Of a DNA stretch of 64,000 nucleotides, positions 1 to 8,866 are shown piece after piece (the first letter of the stretch is position 1; every line of letters starts with the position of its first letter). The translations under genes and the position numbers were made by a program. The stretch covers positions 2,336,001 to 2,400,000 of the forward strand of contig CAXXMD010000003.1 in the NCBI GenBank assembly GCA_963675755.2. The letters run 5' to 3'. The notes under the pieces are model-generated. The model was not told the origin of the DNA. It was given only the letters and a program-made list of their open reading frames with translations, and did no database searches. This DNA comes from a bacterium (GTDB lineage: Bacteria > Zhuqueibacterota > Zhuqueibacteria > Residuimicrobiales > Krinioviventaceae).

Positions 1-634
1 ACGTATAGCCAAGATCGGGTTTCCCGGATCGCTGCAAATGGGTTTACGCAGCGCAACCGGTATTATTATGATGGCTATTGTTGCCGGATATGGAACCGTT
101 GCACTCGCTGCTTTTGGTATTGGCATCCGGGTAGACATGCTTGTCATGATGCCGGGATTCGGCCTTGCCGCGGCAACGGCAACCCTGGTGGGACAAAATC
201 TTGGCGCGGGAGAACCGGATCGTGCTGTTAAAAGTACATGGCTGGCGCTTGTTTTCTTTGTCTCGATCATGGCAACAGCCGGAATTATTTATTTTACACA
301 TGCGGCTGGCATTTTTAAGCTGTTTACCGGCAATGAAGAGGTGATCCATAATGGAGTGAATTACTTGCGTATTATGGTGCTCTCTTATCCGTTTATTGCT
401 ATGGCAGTGATATTTAATCGCGGTTTGAGCGGTGCAGGTGAAACCCTGTGGCCCATGATTATTACCGCGTTTTCATTGTTGTGTGTTGCTGTTCCTTTGT
501 CATTTATTGTACCCCGGATTTGGAACGTGGGCGTTAATGGTGTATGGATTGCGGTTGTGATTTCAAATTTTGTAAATGCAATTATTATCTGGTCGATTTT
601 TGCCAGGGGTAAATGGAAGGTCAAGAAATTGTAG
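1..634 (+). CDS. MATE family efflux transporter (5'-truncated by window edge)
   Basis: Hydrophobic ORF with MATE motifs GFGLAAATATLVGQNLGAG and GLSGAGET; reading frame appears open to the window start. Confidence 0.9.
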   Translation, partial: RIAKIGFPGSLQMGLRSATGIIMMAIVAGYGTVALAAFGIGIRVDMLVMMPGFGLAAATATLVGQNLGAGEPDRAVKSTWLALVFFVSIMATAGIIYFTHAAGIFKLFTGNEEVIHNGVNYLRIMVLSYPFIAMAVIFNRGLSGAGETLWPMIITAFSLLCVAVPLSFIVPRIWNVGVNGVWIAVVISNFVNAIIIWSIFARGKWKVKKL

Positions 635-1301
635 CCAAAACCCGGCAGGGTGACCCGCTTCCATTGTGCAGGGGCAATGCGCCAATGAACAGTGTGATGC
701 CGGTTTCTGTCAGCTTTTCCAGATGGGTAAGGTTTTCGAGGTGATAGATTTTATATTGTGCAGCCAGATGATTTACCGCAAAGTTTTGTGATTGTCCGCC
801 GTCTATACCGGCAGTGTCAATTCCCACCCCGGTTATGTTGCGGGTGATCAGATGCTGCATTGCTGATTCGGTAATCCCCGGAAAGTGCATGCCCGACGTG
901 TTATTGCCCAGATATTTTGCCGGCTCCTGCCAATACAGACTCCATCCGGTTTCAAACAACACAACAGATTTGGCAGAAATTTTCTGATTTGAATTTTCCC
1001 AGTTTATGATATCCTCTTTTGAAACAAGATAGTCAGAATTCCGTTTACATTGAGGTATAACCGGTATCTTAACAGCCGGTACTATGAGATTGTCCGGCAG
1101 AACCTGATCGATCGACGGACCTGACGGAATAAAATGAGAAGGCGCGCCAATGTGCGTACCGGTATGCTCCCCGATTTTCAGTTCATTCAGCGTATAGCCA
1201 TCCTTTTCGGGATTGGATACAATGGTCATGCTGAATTTGGGGTCGCCGGGCCAAATAGGTATATCTTTATGCAAAGGCTGTGTCAGGTCAATAACTTGCA
1301 T
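621..1301 (-). CDS. Cyclase family / kynurenine formamidase-like metal-dependent hydrolase
   Basis: IDLTQPL, WPGDP, GEHTGTHIGAPSHF, GIDT, HLENL and GSGSPCRV motifs. Confidence 0.9.
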   Translation of the reverse strand: MQVIDLTQPLHKDIPIWPGDPKFSMTIVSNPEKDGYTLNELKIGEHTGTHIGAPSHFIPSGPSIDQVLPDNLIVPAVKIPVIPQCKRNSDYLVSKEDIINWENSNQKISAKSVVLFETGWSLYWQEPAKYLGNNTSGMHFPGITESAMQHLITRNITGVGIDTAGIDGGQSQNFAVNHLAAQYKIYHLENLTHLEKLTETGITLFIGALPLHNGSGSPCRVLATIS

Positions 1302-1339
1302 GATAATCGTTGCTTTTTAATTCTAAATCCATATTTTAG

Positions 1340-2782
1340 ATGTCTATGAGTGAATATACAAAAAATAATCCAAAAAGTGAACCCCCTTTAGACTGGAATT
1401 TTTCACCGGAATGTGCTGCGGTTTTACCGCAAGTGGATGATGGACCGGAATTGACCCGTATTCCCATAAGCAATGCCATTGTCAAGCTGGCGTGGCCTGC
1501 TTTTACGTCCATGGTGTTTTTGATGGTTTTCAACCTGGTGGATGTATGGTGGGTGGGCAAGCTGGGTGCTGACGCGCTTGCCGGTGTAAGTGCAGCTTCA
1601 TTTGTTTTGTGGACCCTCCAGTCCGTTGCAACACTGGTGGAGACCGGTGGCAATTCAATGATAGCCCGCTTTGTTGGCGCACGTGATACTGCCCTTGCCA
1701 GCAGGGTTGTGGGACAATGCCTGATTATGGCGGCTGCTCTGGCGATAGGATTTGGCATTGTTGGATTTTTGACAGAAGACTGGATTTACACATATATGGG
1801 CCTTGAAGGCGAAGTACTCAGGCATGCACGGGAATATCTGTTCTATATCTTTACAGGTATGATCACGATATTTATGGTGTTTGCAATAGACGCGGCTTTT
1901 CGAGGCATGGGAGACACCAAAACTCCGCTTAAATTGATTACCGCTGCTTTGACATTAAATGCTGTCCTGGATCCCTTGTTGATTCTTGGAGTCGGACCAT
2001 TCCCCCGTATGGAAGCGGGCGGCGCTGCGCTGGCAACGGTTGTCAGTCATATATTGGCCCTGGTGTGGGGAATTGCGCTTTTGAAAAAACGGGATGTACA
2101 TATCCATATTGACTGGTCATTCAAGTCCTTTATTAATCCCGATTTGATCTGGCGGATCACCCGTGTTGGCGCGCCAATCGGGTTTAGCGGGGTGATGTTT
2201 AGCATCAGTTATATGCTGCTGACTCGCGTCATTACCGGATTTGGTCCCGGTCCGCTGGCCGCACTGGGACTGGGGCACCGCATAGAGGGACTGGCATATT
2301 TTGCCGCAGTGGGTGTGTCCGTGGCTGCTTCAACCCTGGTGGGACAAAACCTGGGCGCCGGTAAACCGGACCGGGCCGAGAAATCCGCCTGGTTGTCAAT
2401 ATTGTATGTGTCGATTATGCTGGTTTTTGTGTCCATAGCATTTTATTTTGGCAGTAAATGGATTGTCTTGTTTTTTATTGATGATCCTCTTGTGGTTGCA
2501 GAAGGGACCAGCTATTTAAAGATTATTGCAATTTTTGAGATCTTTTTGGGACTCGAAATTGTTTTTGAAGGCGCGTTCAGCGGTGCAGGTAACTCGTTGC
2601 CGCCCATGTTGGTTTCTGTGCCTATTACCTGGGCAAGAATACCCCTGGCATATCTGTTGGCGCATACATTGGATATGGGCAGTGAGGGAGTTTGGTGGGC
2701 TATTGGCTCTACAACCGGACTCAAGGGGATCATCATGGCGCTGTGGTTCCGCAGAAATCGCTGGAAAACCAAAAAAGTTTGA
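1340..2782 (+). CDS. MATE family efflux transporter
   Basis: Full-length two-domain MATE: FRGMGDTKTPL, LDPLLILG, GAALAT, LVGQNLGAG. Confidence 0.92.
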   Translation: MSMSEYTKNNPKSEPPLDWNFSPECAAVLPQVDDGPELTRIPISNAIVKLAWPAFTSMVFLMVFNLVDVWWVGKLGADALAGVSAASFVLWTLQSVATLVETGGNSMIARFVGARDTALASRVVGQCLIMAAALAIGFGIVGFLTEDWIYTYMGLEGEVLRHAREYLFYIFTGMITIFMVFAIDAAFRGMGDTKTPLKLITAALTLNAVLDPLLILGVGPFPRMEAGGAALATVVSHILALVWGIALLKKRDVHIHIDWSFKSFINPDLIWRITRVGAPIGFSGVMFSISYMLLTRVITGFGPGPLAALGLGHRIEGLAYFAAVGVSVAASTLVGQNLGAGKPDRAEKSAWLSILYVSIMLVFVSIAFYFGSKWIVLFFIDDPLVVAEGTSYLKIIAIFEIFLGLEIVFEGAFSGAGNSLPPMLVSVPITWARIPLAYLLAHTLDMGSEGVWWAIGSTTGLKGIIMALWFRRNRWKTKKV

Positions 2783-2799
2783 TCTTTAAATAAAAGACT

Positions 2800-2828
2800 G
2801 CCCACGAATCACACGAATAAGCACGAAA
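2800..2828 (+). repeat. Triple CACGAA box element, copy 1
   Basis: CACGAA at 2803, 2812 and 2822; 27/29 identical to 10790-10818. Confidence 0.8.
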
Positions 2829-2908
2829 ATAAAACGAATTGTATCTCGTTTATCTGTCACAGACGGATTTTTTTATTAACAGAGTTCGCTGATGCGCAGA
2901 GAAAGCGG

Positions 2909-2937
2909 ATCGTGACAGAGATCATCTCTGTCACGAT
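2909..2937. repeat. 29-bp perfect palindrome (REP-like), copy 1
   Basis: ATCGTGACAGAGAT-C-ATCTCTGTCACGAT; 28/29 identical copy at 61693-61721. Confidence 0.85.
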
Positions 2938-3240
2938 TGTTAGGCTTTTTACCAATTTGTACTGGCTTGATTTACAATATTTTTGATACGAATCCGGGAT
3001 GCGATCACCTTTTAACTTTACACACCTCCCATAGGTGAATTTGTCCCTATTACAAATAGAACGATCCCCAAAAAAGATTAACGAGAATCTGGTACCCTGC
3101 CCATATATATAAATCATTGCTTTTATAAAAATTTTTACTATTATAAGATAGATCTTGATGGGGAGCGGGTTTGAATTATGTCCTATTCCGGGAAAACCAC
3201 TCCTGTTTAATTTAGTGTGATGAAAGGGGTCGTTTTGAAA

Positions 3241-4731
3241 ATGATCATAAAGCATAGAACTATCGGTTTATTTATTGTTTTGCTGTTCATTTTTAACAGT
3301 TTTTCGTTTGCGGGAAATATCGTTTATCCCTGGCGGGCAGCACCTGCATTTGCCGAGTGCGGAGGTGGATTTTCTGCATTGTACAACAATATCACTTTTG
3401 CGGATATTGATTCTGTTGTATTCACAGGTCCGTACAATCGCGTTCAACTGACCATTGATTCGGTCAGTGTTGATCGGTTTGTTTACGATACATTTACTCA
3501 AAAGGATGTAAATAATAAAATATGGCTCAGTGTACCCAAATCCGCGCCTGAAGAGTTGTACGATCTATTAATTTACAGCAATGGCGAGACCCACGTTTCA
3601 CGTAAATCCGTCAAGGTTGTGCGTGAGTTTAAACCGTCACATCGTTTTATACACATTTCCGATACGCATGTTACCCGTGCCTGGGTGGGTGATGGTGATG
3701 ATGGATACGCCAAAGAACTCGAGTTACTGGACCGGTTTGTCGATTTGGCCAATATTATTGCACCGGATTTTATTATCAATACCGGCGATGTCATTATGCA
3801 CTATACCCGGGTGAATGCAGATTCAACCGGATGGGGAGGCGACAAGCTGTACGATGCGGATTTACGTCCGTTGGTTGAGGAAAAGTATAGAAATTATTAT
3901 GCCGGGGCAAAGGGATTTTCAGGCGTTCATGGATTTAATGCTCCGATTTTCAGCTTGCCCGGTAACCACGACTCTTATGGTGTAAACAGAAAAGACCACA
4001 TGGCCATGTCAAGTCAGTGGAATGACTTGTGCGGTCTGCGTGTGTACGGATTCTCCTACGGAGATACCCGTGTTTTGGCGGCGGATGATTTTCTGGGCGA
4101 TCCGGTGAACGATATCCCGGATGCGTCACCCATGTCCGGCTTGCAAGGCCAGGTTTTGGAGTCGTTCCTTGCGGAAAACGGCGATGGTGCTTTGCGCATC
4201 ATGGCTCAACATCGTCCTGATCGCATTGATACAACTTTTATGGACAAACACAAGATCGGTATTCTTTTAAACGGACACAATCATACACCATTTCATGAGT
4301 ATGTGGGTGTAATGCCGACCCTGAGTATCCGTTCCGGGACGGTCTGCCGAAGCGGTGAAGTAAATAACTGGCAGGAGAATTTGGGATTTTTCCGCATTTT
4401 TTATATTGACGGCAGCGAGTTTACATTTACCGAACCTCTACGGTTTTGTGAGAATCCCACGGATGATTATAGAAAATTAAAGCTGAATCTCACACTCGAA
4501 TTTAATAACTCGAATGACGGTAGTATTACAAAAAATGAGGCCGTGATAACCAACCGTTTTCCGGTAGATCTGCCGGGATGTAAAGTGAGATTTGTGATGA
4601 AAAAAGGTGAATACCGTGTAGAGGGCGGCAAGGTGAACCAGATCATCCAAACCCAAGACAAGACCGTTGTGGATGTGTATACGGATGTGAATAAAGGTTC
4701 AGAAAAGACGGTCAGGATATTTCAGCTTTAG
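3241..4731 (+). CDS. Secreted calcineurin-like metallophosphoesterase
   Basis: Signal peptide; HISDTH, NTGD, PGNHD, QH and GHNH metal-binding motifs; ATG at 3241 after AAGGGG. Confidence 0.85.
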   Translation: MIIKHRTIGLFIVLLFIFNSFSFAGNIVYPWRAAPAFAECGGGFSALYNNITFADIDSVVFTGPYNRVQLTIDSVSVDRFVYDTFTQKDVNNKIWLSVPKSAPEELYDLLIYSNGETHVSRKSVKVVREFKPSHRFIHISDTHVTRAWVGDGDDGYAKELELLDRFVDLANIIAPDFIINTGDVIMHYTRVNADSTGWGGDKLYDADLRPLVEEKYRNYYAGAKGFSGVHGFNAPIFSLPGNHDSYGVNRKDHMAMSSQWNDLCGLRVYGFSYGDTRVLAADDFLGDPVNDIPDASPMSGLQGQVLESFLAENGDGALRIMAQHRPDRIDTTFMDKHKIGILLNGHNHTPFHEYVGVMPTLSIRSGTVCRSGEVNNWQENLGFFRIFYIDGSEFTFTEPLRFCENPTDDYRKLKLNLTLEFNNSNDGSITKNEAVITNRFPVDLPGCKVRFVMKKGEYRVEGGKVNQIIQTQDKTVVDVYTDVNKGSEKTVRIFQL

Positions 4732-4762
4732 GATAGATGGGATTTTATAAATAAGATTATTA

Positions 4763-4836
4763 TTTAACGCAGAGGCCGCAGGGGCGCAGAGATAATATGA
4801 AAATTCTTTGCGAACTCGGCGAGCTCTGCGTTTAAA
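4763..4836. repeat. Mirrored triple-heptamer (CGCAGAG) element
   Basis: CGCAGAG/CGCAGGG/CGCAGAG at 4768, 4777, 4785; inverted CTTTGCG/CTCGGCG/CTCTGCG at 4806, 4815, 4824. Confidence 0.85.
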
Positions 4837-4927
4837 GAAATAAAATATATTCTGTATAGATTTGTTTTGAATAGAGTGCAAAGTTGATAACATAACTCCA
4901 TAATAAGCCGTTAATTTTGAAAACTGA

Positions 4928-5125
4928 TTGGGATATAGAATATTGATAACAGGTGTGATTTTAATCGTAATTGGTATTGCAATTCTTTTTCTATTATATA
5001 AAGAAATAAAAAAAGATGGCTTTGGGGGAGAGGGAATCACATCAATGGAATTTCGTATGCATTTTGGGTTTTTAATTAGTGGAGTTGGATTTATATTAAT
5101 AGGTGTTTTGTTTTTTTTAGATTAA
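4928..5125 (+). CDS. Small two-TM hypothetical membrane protein
   Basis: 65-aa ORF with two clear hydrophobic helices; TTG start, weak RBS. Confidence 0.5.
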   Translation: MGYRILITGVILIVIGIAILFLLYKEIKKDGFGGEGITSMEFRMHFGFLISGVGFILIGVLFFLD

Positions 5126-5217
5126 AAAGTATGATATCTGTATTTTCTTGATTGTCGCTTGGCATAAAAAAACTGGCTTTTGTTTGTTTGGTTTTAATCC
5201 TTTACCTGGAGTGTTTG

Positions 5218-7053
5218 ATGAGCACATCCACAAAAATAAACAGACGTAAATTTCATGATTTGGCATTAAGCGGAATGGGGGCATTGGCAATCAGTGCAAT
5301 GAATCCCTTTGTCAAAACCACACTTTCAAAACCTTTTAATTCAAACTCTAAAAAGCTGTTGGCAACAAGCGAGTATGTGGGTAATATTATCTATAATGAT
5401 TGCTTTATGGACAGGGCCCAACTGGACGATCTGCATAAAAGTCTAGTGAAATTGGGTGTTACGCGTCACCAATGGATTATTTATACCGTGTGGTCCATTC
5501 ACGAAAACCATCCCTTCGGTATTGATATTTTAGCCGAGGCTGTCAAATCCGCGCATCAACATGGACTTGAATTTTACGCACTGATCAAGCCTTTTGAAGA
5601 ATGCGGATTCCGTCCGGTTCTGCCGCACACGTTGCCATTCCCCGAGGATGCGGTTGCCTATAAAGATATTTGTGGAATCAAACCCCTTGCCAGTCCCTTT
5701 GCCGCAAAGCATGTGGAAATGTGCCTAAAACACCGTCCCGGTACTTTTGAATACAAGGGACCTGTTACCGCTATGCGTCTGGTGAAACGCGATGATGGCG
5801 CAACACGCATCAAGGCCGAACATCTTGCAATCTATACCAGTCCTGTAAACAATGGATTTGTGGAATACAAGGGGCCAGTCTCGTTTCGGGAATCTGTTGA
5901 ATGGCGCAGCGGCTTTCCCAAATGGAGGCAATGCCGCATCCTGAATCTTGAGGATTTGAAAATTCCCAAAGACCATCGCCATATACTCATAAAATGCTCC
6001 CTGGCAGATAATGATGCTGATTTTAAAAATGAATATGGAAGAATCCTTGAACTGGTGGGCCCGGATGGAGAAATCATTCCAAACACCATGAGTACAGGAC
6101 TGGTATCGCTGGAAACAGACAATGAAAGTTTTTACAAATCATGGCTTACCCGGCATAATATGGTGCGATACGCAGAAATGCCGCAGGTCAAACAGGAAAT
6201 CAATGACACCCAAAAGATGCAGGAGCATTATAAGGATTTTTATAATTATGATCGCTATAATGTAACGGATACAAAAACGCTGGACAAGGATGGGTTTGTG
6301 GCGGCAGTATGTGGCAAGCCGGAATATATGCTTGGCAATCTGAATCCCATTTATCCCGAGGTGAGAAAACACTGGCTCGATTTGACGCGATATTGCCTGG
6401 ACCGGGGCGTGGACGGCATCAATTACCGGGTTGCCAATCATACCCAGTCCCCGGAATCGTGGGAGTATGGCTTTAATGAACCGGTCATCAAGGCTGCGGG
6501 TGGAAAAACGGATTACCCAACCATAAAACGCATAAATGGCAATGCTTATACACAATTTCTACGGGAAGCACGGGAGCTCATCAAAAGCAGGGGCAAATCT
6601 ATTACCGTGCATATATTTGCTCAAATGCTGGCCCCGGATGACAGGCACAGACGATTGAGTTATATACCTACCAATTTTGAATGGCAATGGGAAACCTGGG
6701 TACGTGAAATTGCCGATGATCTGGAATTTAGAGGCGTGTTTACTTTGCAGCCCTGGCATGTAAAGCAAGTTTTAGAGACCATGCTTGACGTGACCCGTAA
6801 AGCAAATAAACCACTATATTTTCAAGGTAAATTTCACGAGATCAGTTTTGATGGCCCCAATCTCCGGACACGTGAAGAACTGGATTTTATCAGCAACTAT
6901 CCGGATCTGGGTGGATTTTGTTTATATGAAACACACTTGATCACCAAATTGAATAAAGAGGGTAGAATTATACTTTCACCCAATATGGAATCGCTTATAA
7001 AAGCACATTTTTTTCAAACAGATAAAAGTCTGGGAAATATGAAAAATGATTAA
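5218..7053 (+). CDS. Tat-exported GH-like (putative split TIM barrel) protein, paralog 1
   Basis: ATG at 5218 after GGAG; twin-arginine NRRKF; LNPIYPEVR..W..CLDRGVDGINYR; full-length similarity to three other ORFs in the window. Confidence 0.8.
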   Translation: MSTSTKINRRKFHDLALSGMGALAISAMNPFVKTTLSKPFNSNSKKLLATSEYVGNIIYNDCFMDRAQLDDLHKSLVKLGVTRHQWIIYTVWSIHENHPFGIDILAEAVKSAHQHGLEFYALIKPFEECGFRPVLPHTLPFPEDAVAYKDICGIKPLASPFAAKHVEMCLKHRPGTFEYKGPVTAMRLVKRDDGATRIKAEHLAIYTSPVNNGFVEYKGPVSFRESVEWRSGFPKWRQCRILNLEDLKIPKDHRHILIKCSLADNDADFKNEYGRILELVGPDGEIIPNTMSTGLVSLETDNESFYKSWLTRHNMVRYAEMPQVKQEINDTQKMQEHYKDFYNYDRYNVTDTKTLDKDGFVAAVCGKPEYMLGNLNPIYPEVRKHWLDLTRYCLDRGVDGINYRVANHTQSPESWEYGFNEPVIKAAGGKTDYPTIKRINGNAYTQFLREARELIKSRGKSITVHIFAQMLAPDDRHRRLSYIPTNFEWQWETWVREIADDLEFRGVFTLQPWHVKQVLETMLDVTRKANKPLYFQGKFHEISFDGPNLRTREELDFISNYPDLGGFCLYETHLITKLNKEGRIILSPNMESLIKAHFFQTDKSLGNMKND

Positions 7054-8866
7054 AAAACCTTTTTTTATCAATAGACGAGAATTTCTGGCACAAACAATAA
7101 TCACATTCGGTTCATCAGTTTTGGGCTATGCAAGTGATCCGTTTCTAAATTCAAGCAAGGTAAAATCAGGAAATCAGGCAAATAAAAAATTGCTTGCTAC
7201 AACAGACTACCTGGACAATGTTTTAATAAATAAATCCTTTATGGACAAAACCCAACTGGATCAGTTACATAGCTACCTTGCATCGCTGGGTGTTACGCGT
7301 CATCAATGGATGTTTGACACAAATTGGACGTATTACGACAATTATCCCCACGGATTTGATCTATTAAAAGAGGCTGTTAAATCAGCACATGCACATGGTA
7401 TCGAATTTTATGCGATTATTAAACCGTTTGAAGAAAGCGGATGTAGACCGGTATTACCCCATTCGTTACCCTTTCCCCAAAACGCACAAGCGTTCAAGGA
7501 TATACGCGGAATTAAGCCATATGCAAGTGCTTTTGCAGCTCAAAACCTGGAAATGAATTTGAGACGCAGACCTGGAAGTTTTGAATTCCAGGGACCGGTT
7601 TCATCAATCCGTCTTGTTAAAAAAGATGATAAACCAACAGGCATCCAGGCCAAGCACCTCTCGTTATTCACCAGTCCTACCAATAACGCGTTTGAGCCGT
7701 ACAAGGGGCCACTTTCCTTTCGGGAATCTGTTGAATGGCGAGTTGGATTCCCAAAAGGGAGAAAATGCCGGATATTGAACCTGGAAAACCTGGAATTGCC
7801 AGCGAACCATCGGCACATTCTGATAAAATGTTCTCTTGATGAAAATGGAAATTTTAGTAATGAAATTTCAAAAATTATAGAACTGGAAGGACCCGATGGA
7901 AAAGCAATACCTTGCACACACAGCACCGGTCCTGTCACCCTTGAAACAGATGAGGCGCGTTTTTATAATCTCATGAAGATAGATGACTATGATCTGATAC
8001 CCTATTTTGCTTTACCCGAGCTCAAGAAAGAATTGAATGATCCTGAAAAGATGCGAAAGCATTATCAAAATTTCTACAATTACGATCGCTACAATGTTAC
8101 AGACTCTAAATCTCTAGATAAAGACGGATTCATAGCCGTTGTATGTGGAAAACCGGAATATTTGTTAGGAAACCTTCATCCTATATATGCAGAGGTGCGG
8201 GAACACTGGCTGGAGATGACGCGCTATTGCCTGGACAGGGGAGTAGATGGAATAAATTTTAGAGCTGCAAATCACAGTCAGGATCCCGAGGCTTGGGAAT
8301 ATGGTTTTAACGAACCGGCTATAAAAGCCGCAGGCGGTAAAACAGATTATCCAACCATAAAACGCATTAATGGTGATGCGTACACAAAATTTTTACGGCA
8401 AGCGCGAGAGTTGATCAAAAGCAGGGGTAAATCCATTACTGTACATATATTTGCTCAAATGCTGGCCCCGGATGACAGGCATTGGCGTTTAAGCTATCTG
8501 CCGCCTAATTTTGATTGGCAATGGGAAACCTGGGTAAATGAAATTGCTGATGATTTGGAATTTCGGGGTGTGTACACTCTCCGTCCATGGCATGCAAAAC
8601 AAGTTCTGGAAACCATTCTTTCTGTTACACAACAGGCTGATAAAGCTCTGTATTTTCAGGATCACTTTCATGAAACCACTTTTGATGGGCCAAATTACCG
8701 TTTAAGTAAAGATCTTGAAATGATGTATAATTATCCAGAAATTGCTGGATTTTGTCTATACGAAACAGCGGCATATACCCGTTTGAATGAAAAGGGCAAT
8801 ATTGAGGGGAGTTCTGATATCAAAAGTATAATAGGATCGCAATTTAAACAGGGAACAGTTGAATGA
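7046..8866 (+). CDS. Tat-exported GH-like protein, paralog 2
   Basis: NRREFL Tat motif; same conserved blocks; start overlaps the upstream stop. Confidence 0.8.
   Translation: MIKKPFFINRREFLAQTIITFGSSVLGYASDPFLNSSKVKSGNQANKKLLATTDYLDNVLINKSFMDKTQLDQLHSYLASLGVTRHQWMFDTNWTYYDNYPHGFDLLKEAVKSAHAHGIEFYAIIKPFEESGCRPVLPHSLPFPQNAQAFKDIRGIKPYASAFAAQNLEMNLRRRPGSFEFQGPVSSIRLVKKDDKPTGIQAKHLSLFTSPTNNAFEPYKGPLSFRESVEWRVGFPKGRKCRILNLENLELPANHRHILIKCSLDENGNFSNEISKIIELEGPDGKAIPCTHSTGPVTLETDEARFYNLMKIDDYDLIPYFALPELKKELNDPEKMRKHYQNFYNYDRYNVTDSKSLDKDGFIAVVCGKPEYLLGNLHPIYAEVREHWLEMTRYCLDRGVDGINFRAANHSQDPEAWEYGFNEPAIKAAGGKTDYPTIKRINGDAYTKFLRQARELIKSRGKSITVHIFAQMLAPDDRHWRLSYLPPNFDWQWETWVNEIADDLEFRGVYTLRPWHAKQVLETILSVTQQADKALYFQDHFHETTFDGPNYRLSKDLEMMYNYPEIAGFCLYETAAYTRLNEKGNIEGSSDIKSIIGSQFKQGTVE

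Noticed and set aside
2857-3255. 132-aa minus-strand ORF
   Set aside because: Runs through palindromes and the next gene's promoter and start; no recognisable protein features
4762-4836. Heptamer elements as integron attC sites (ATTTAAC matches RYYYAAC at 4762 and 10700)
   Set aside because: Right ends do not fit GTTRRRY, no L boxes with extrahelical bases are evident, other copies lack the core sites, and there is no integron integrase in the window
4699-5040. 113-aa minus-strand ORF with RRARRVR
   Set aside because: The basic stretch is just the translation of the repeat element; it overlaps better-supported ORFs
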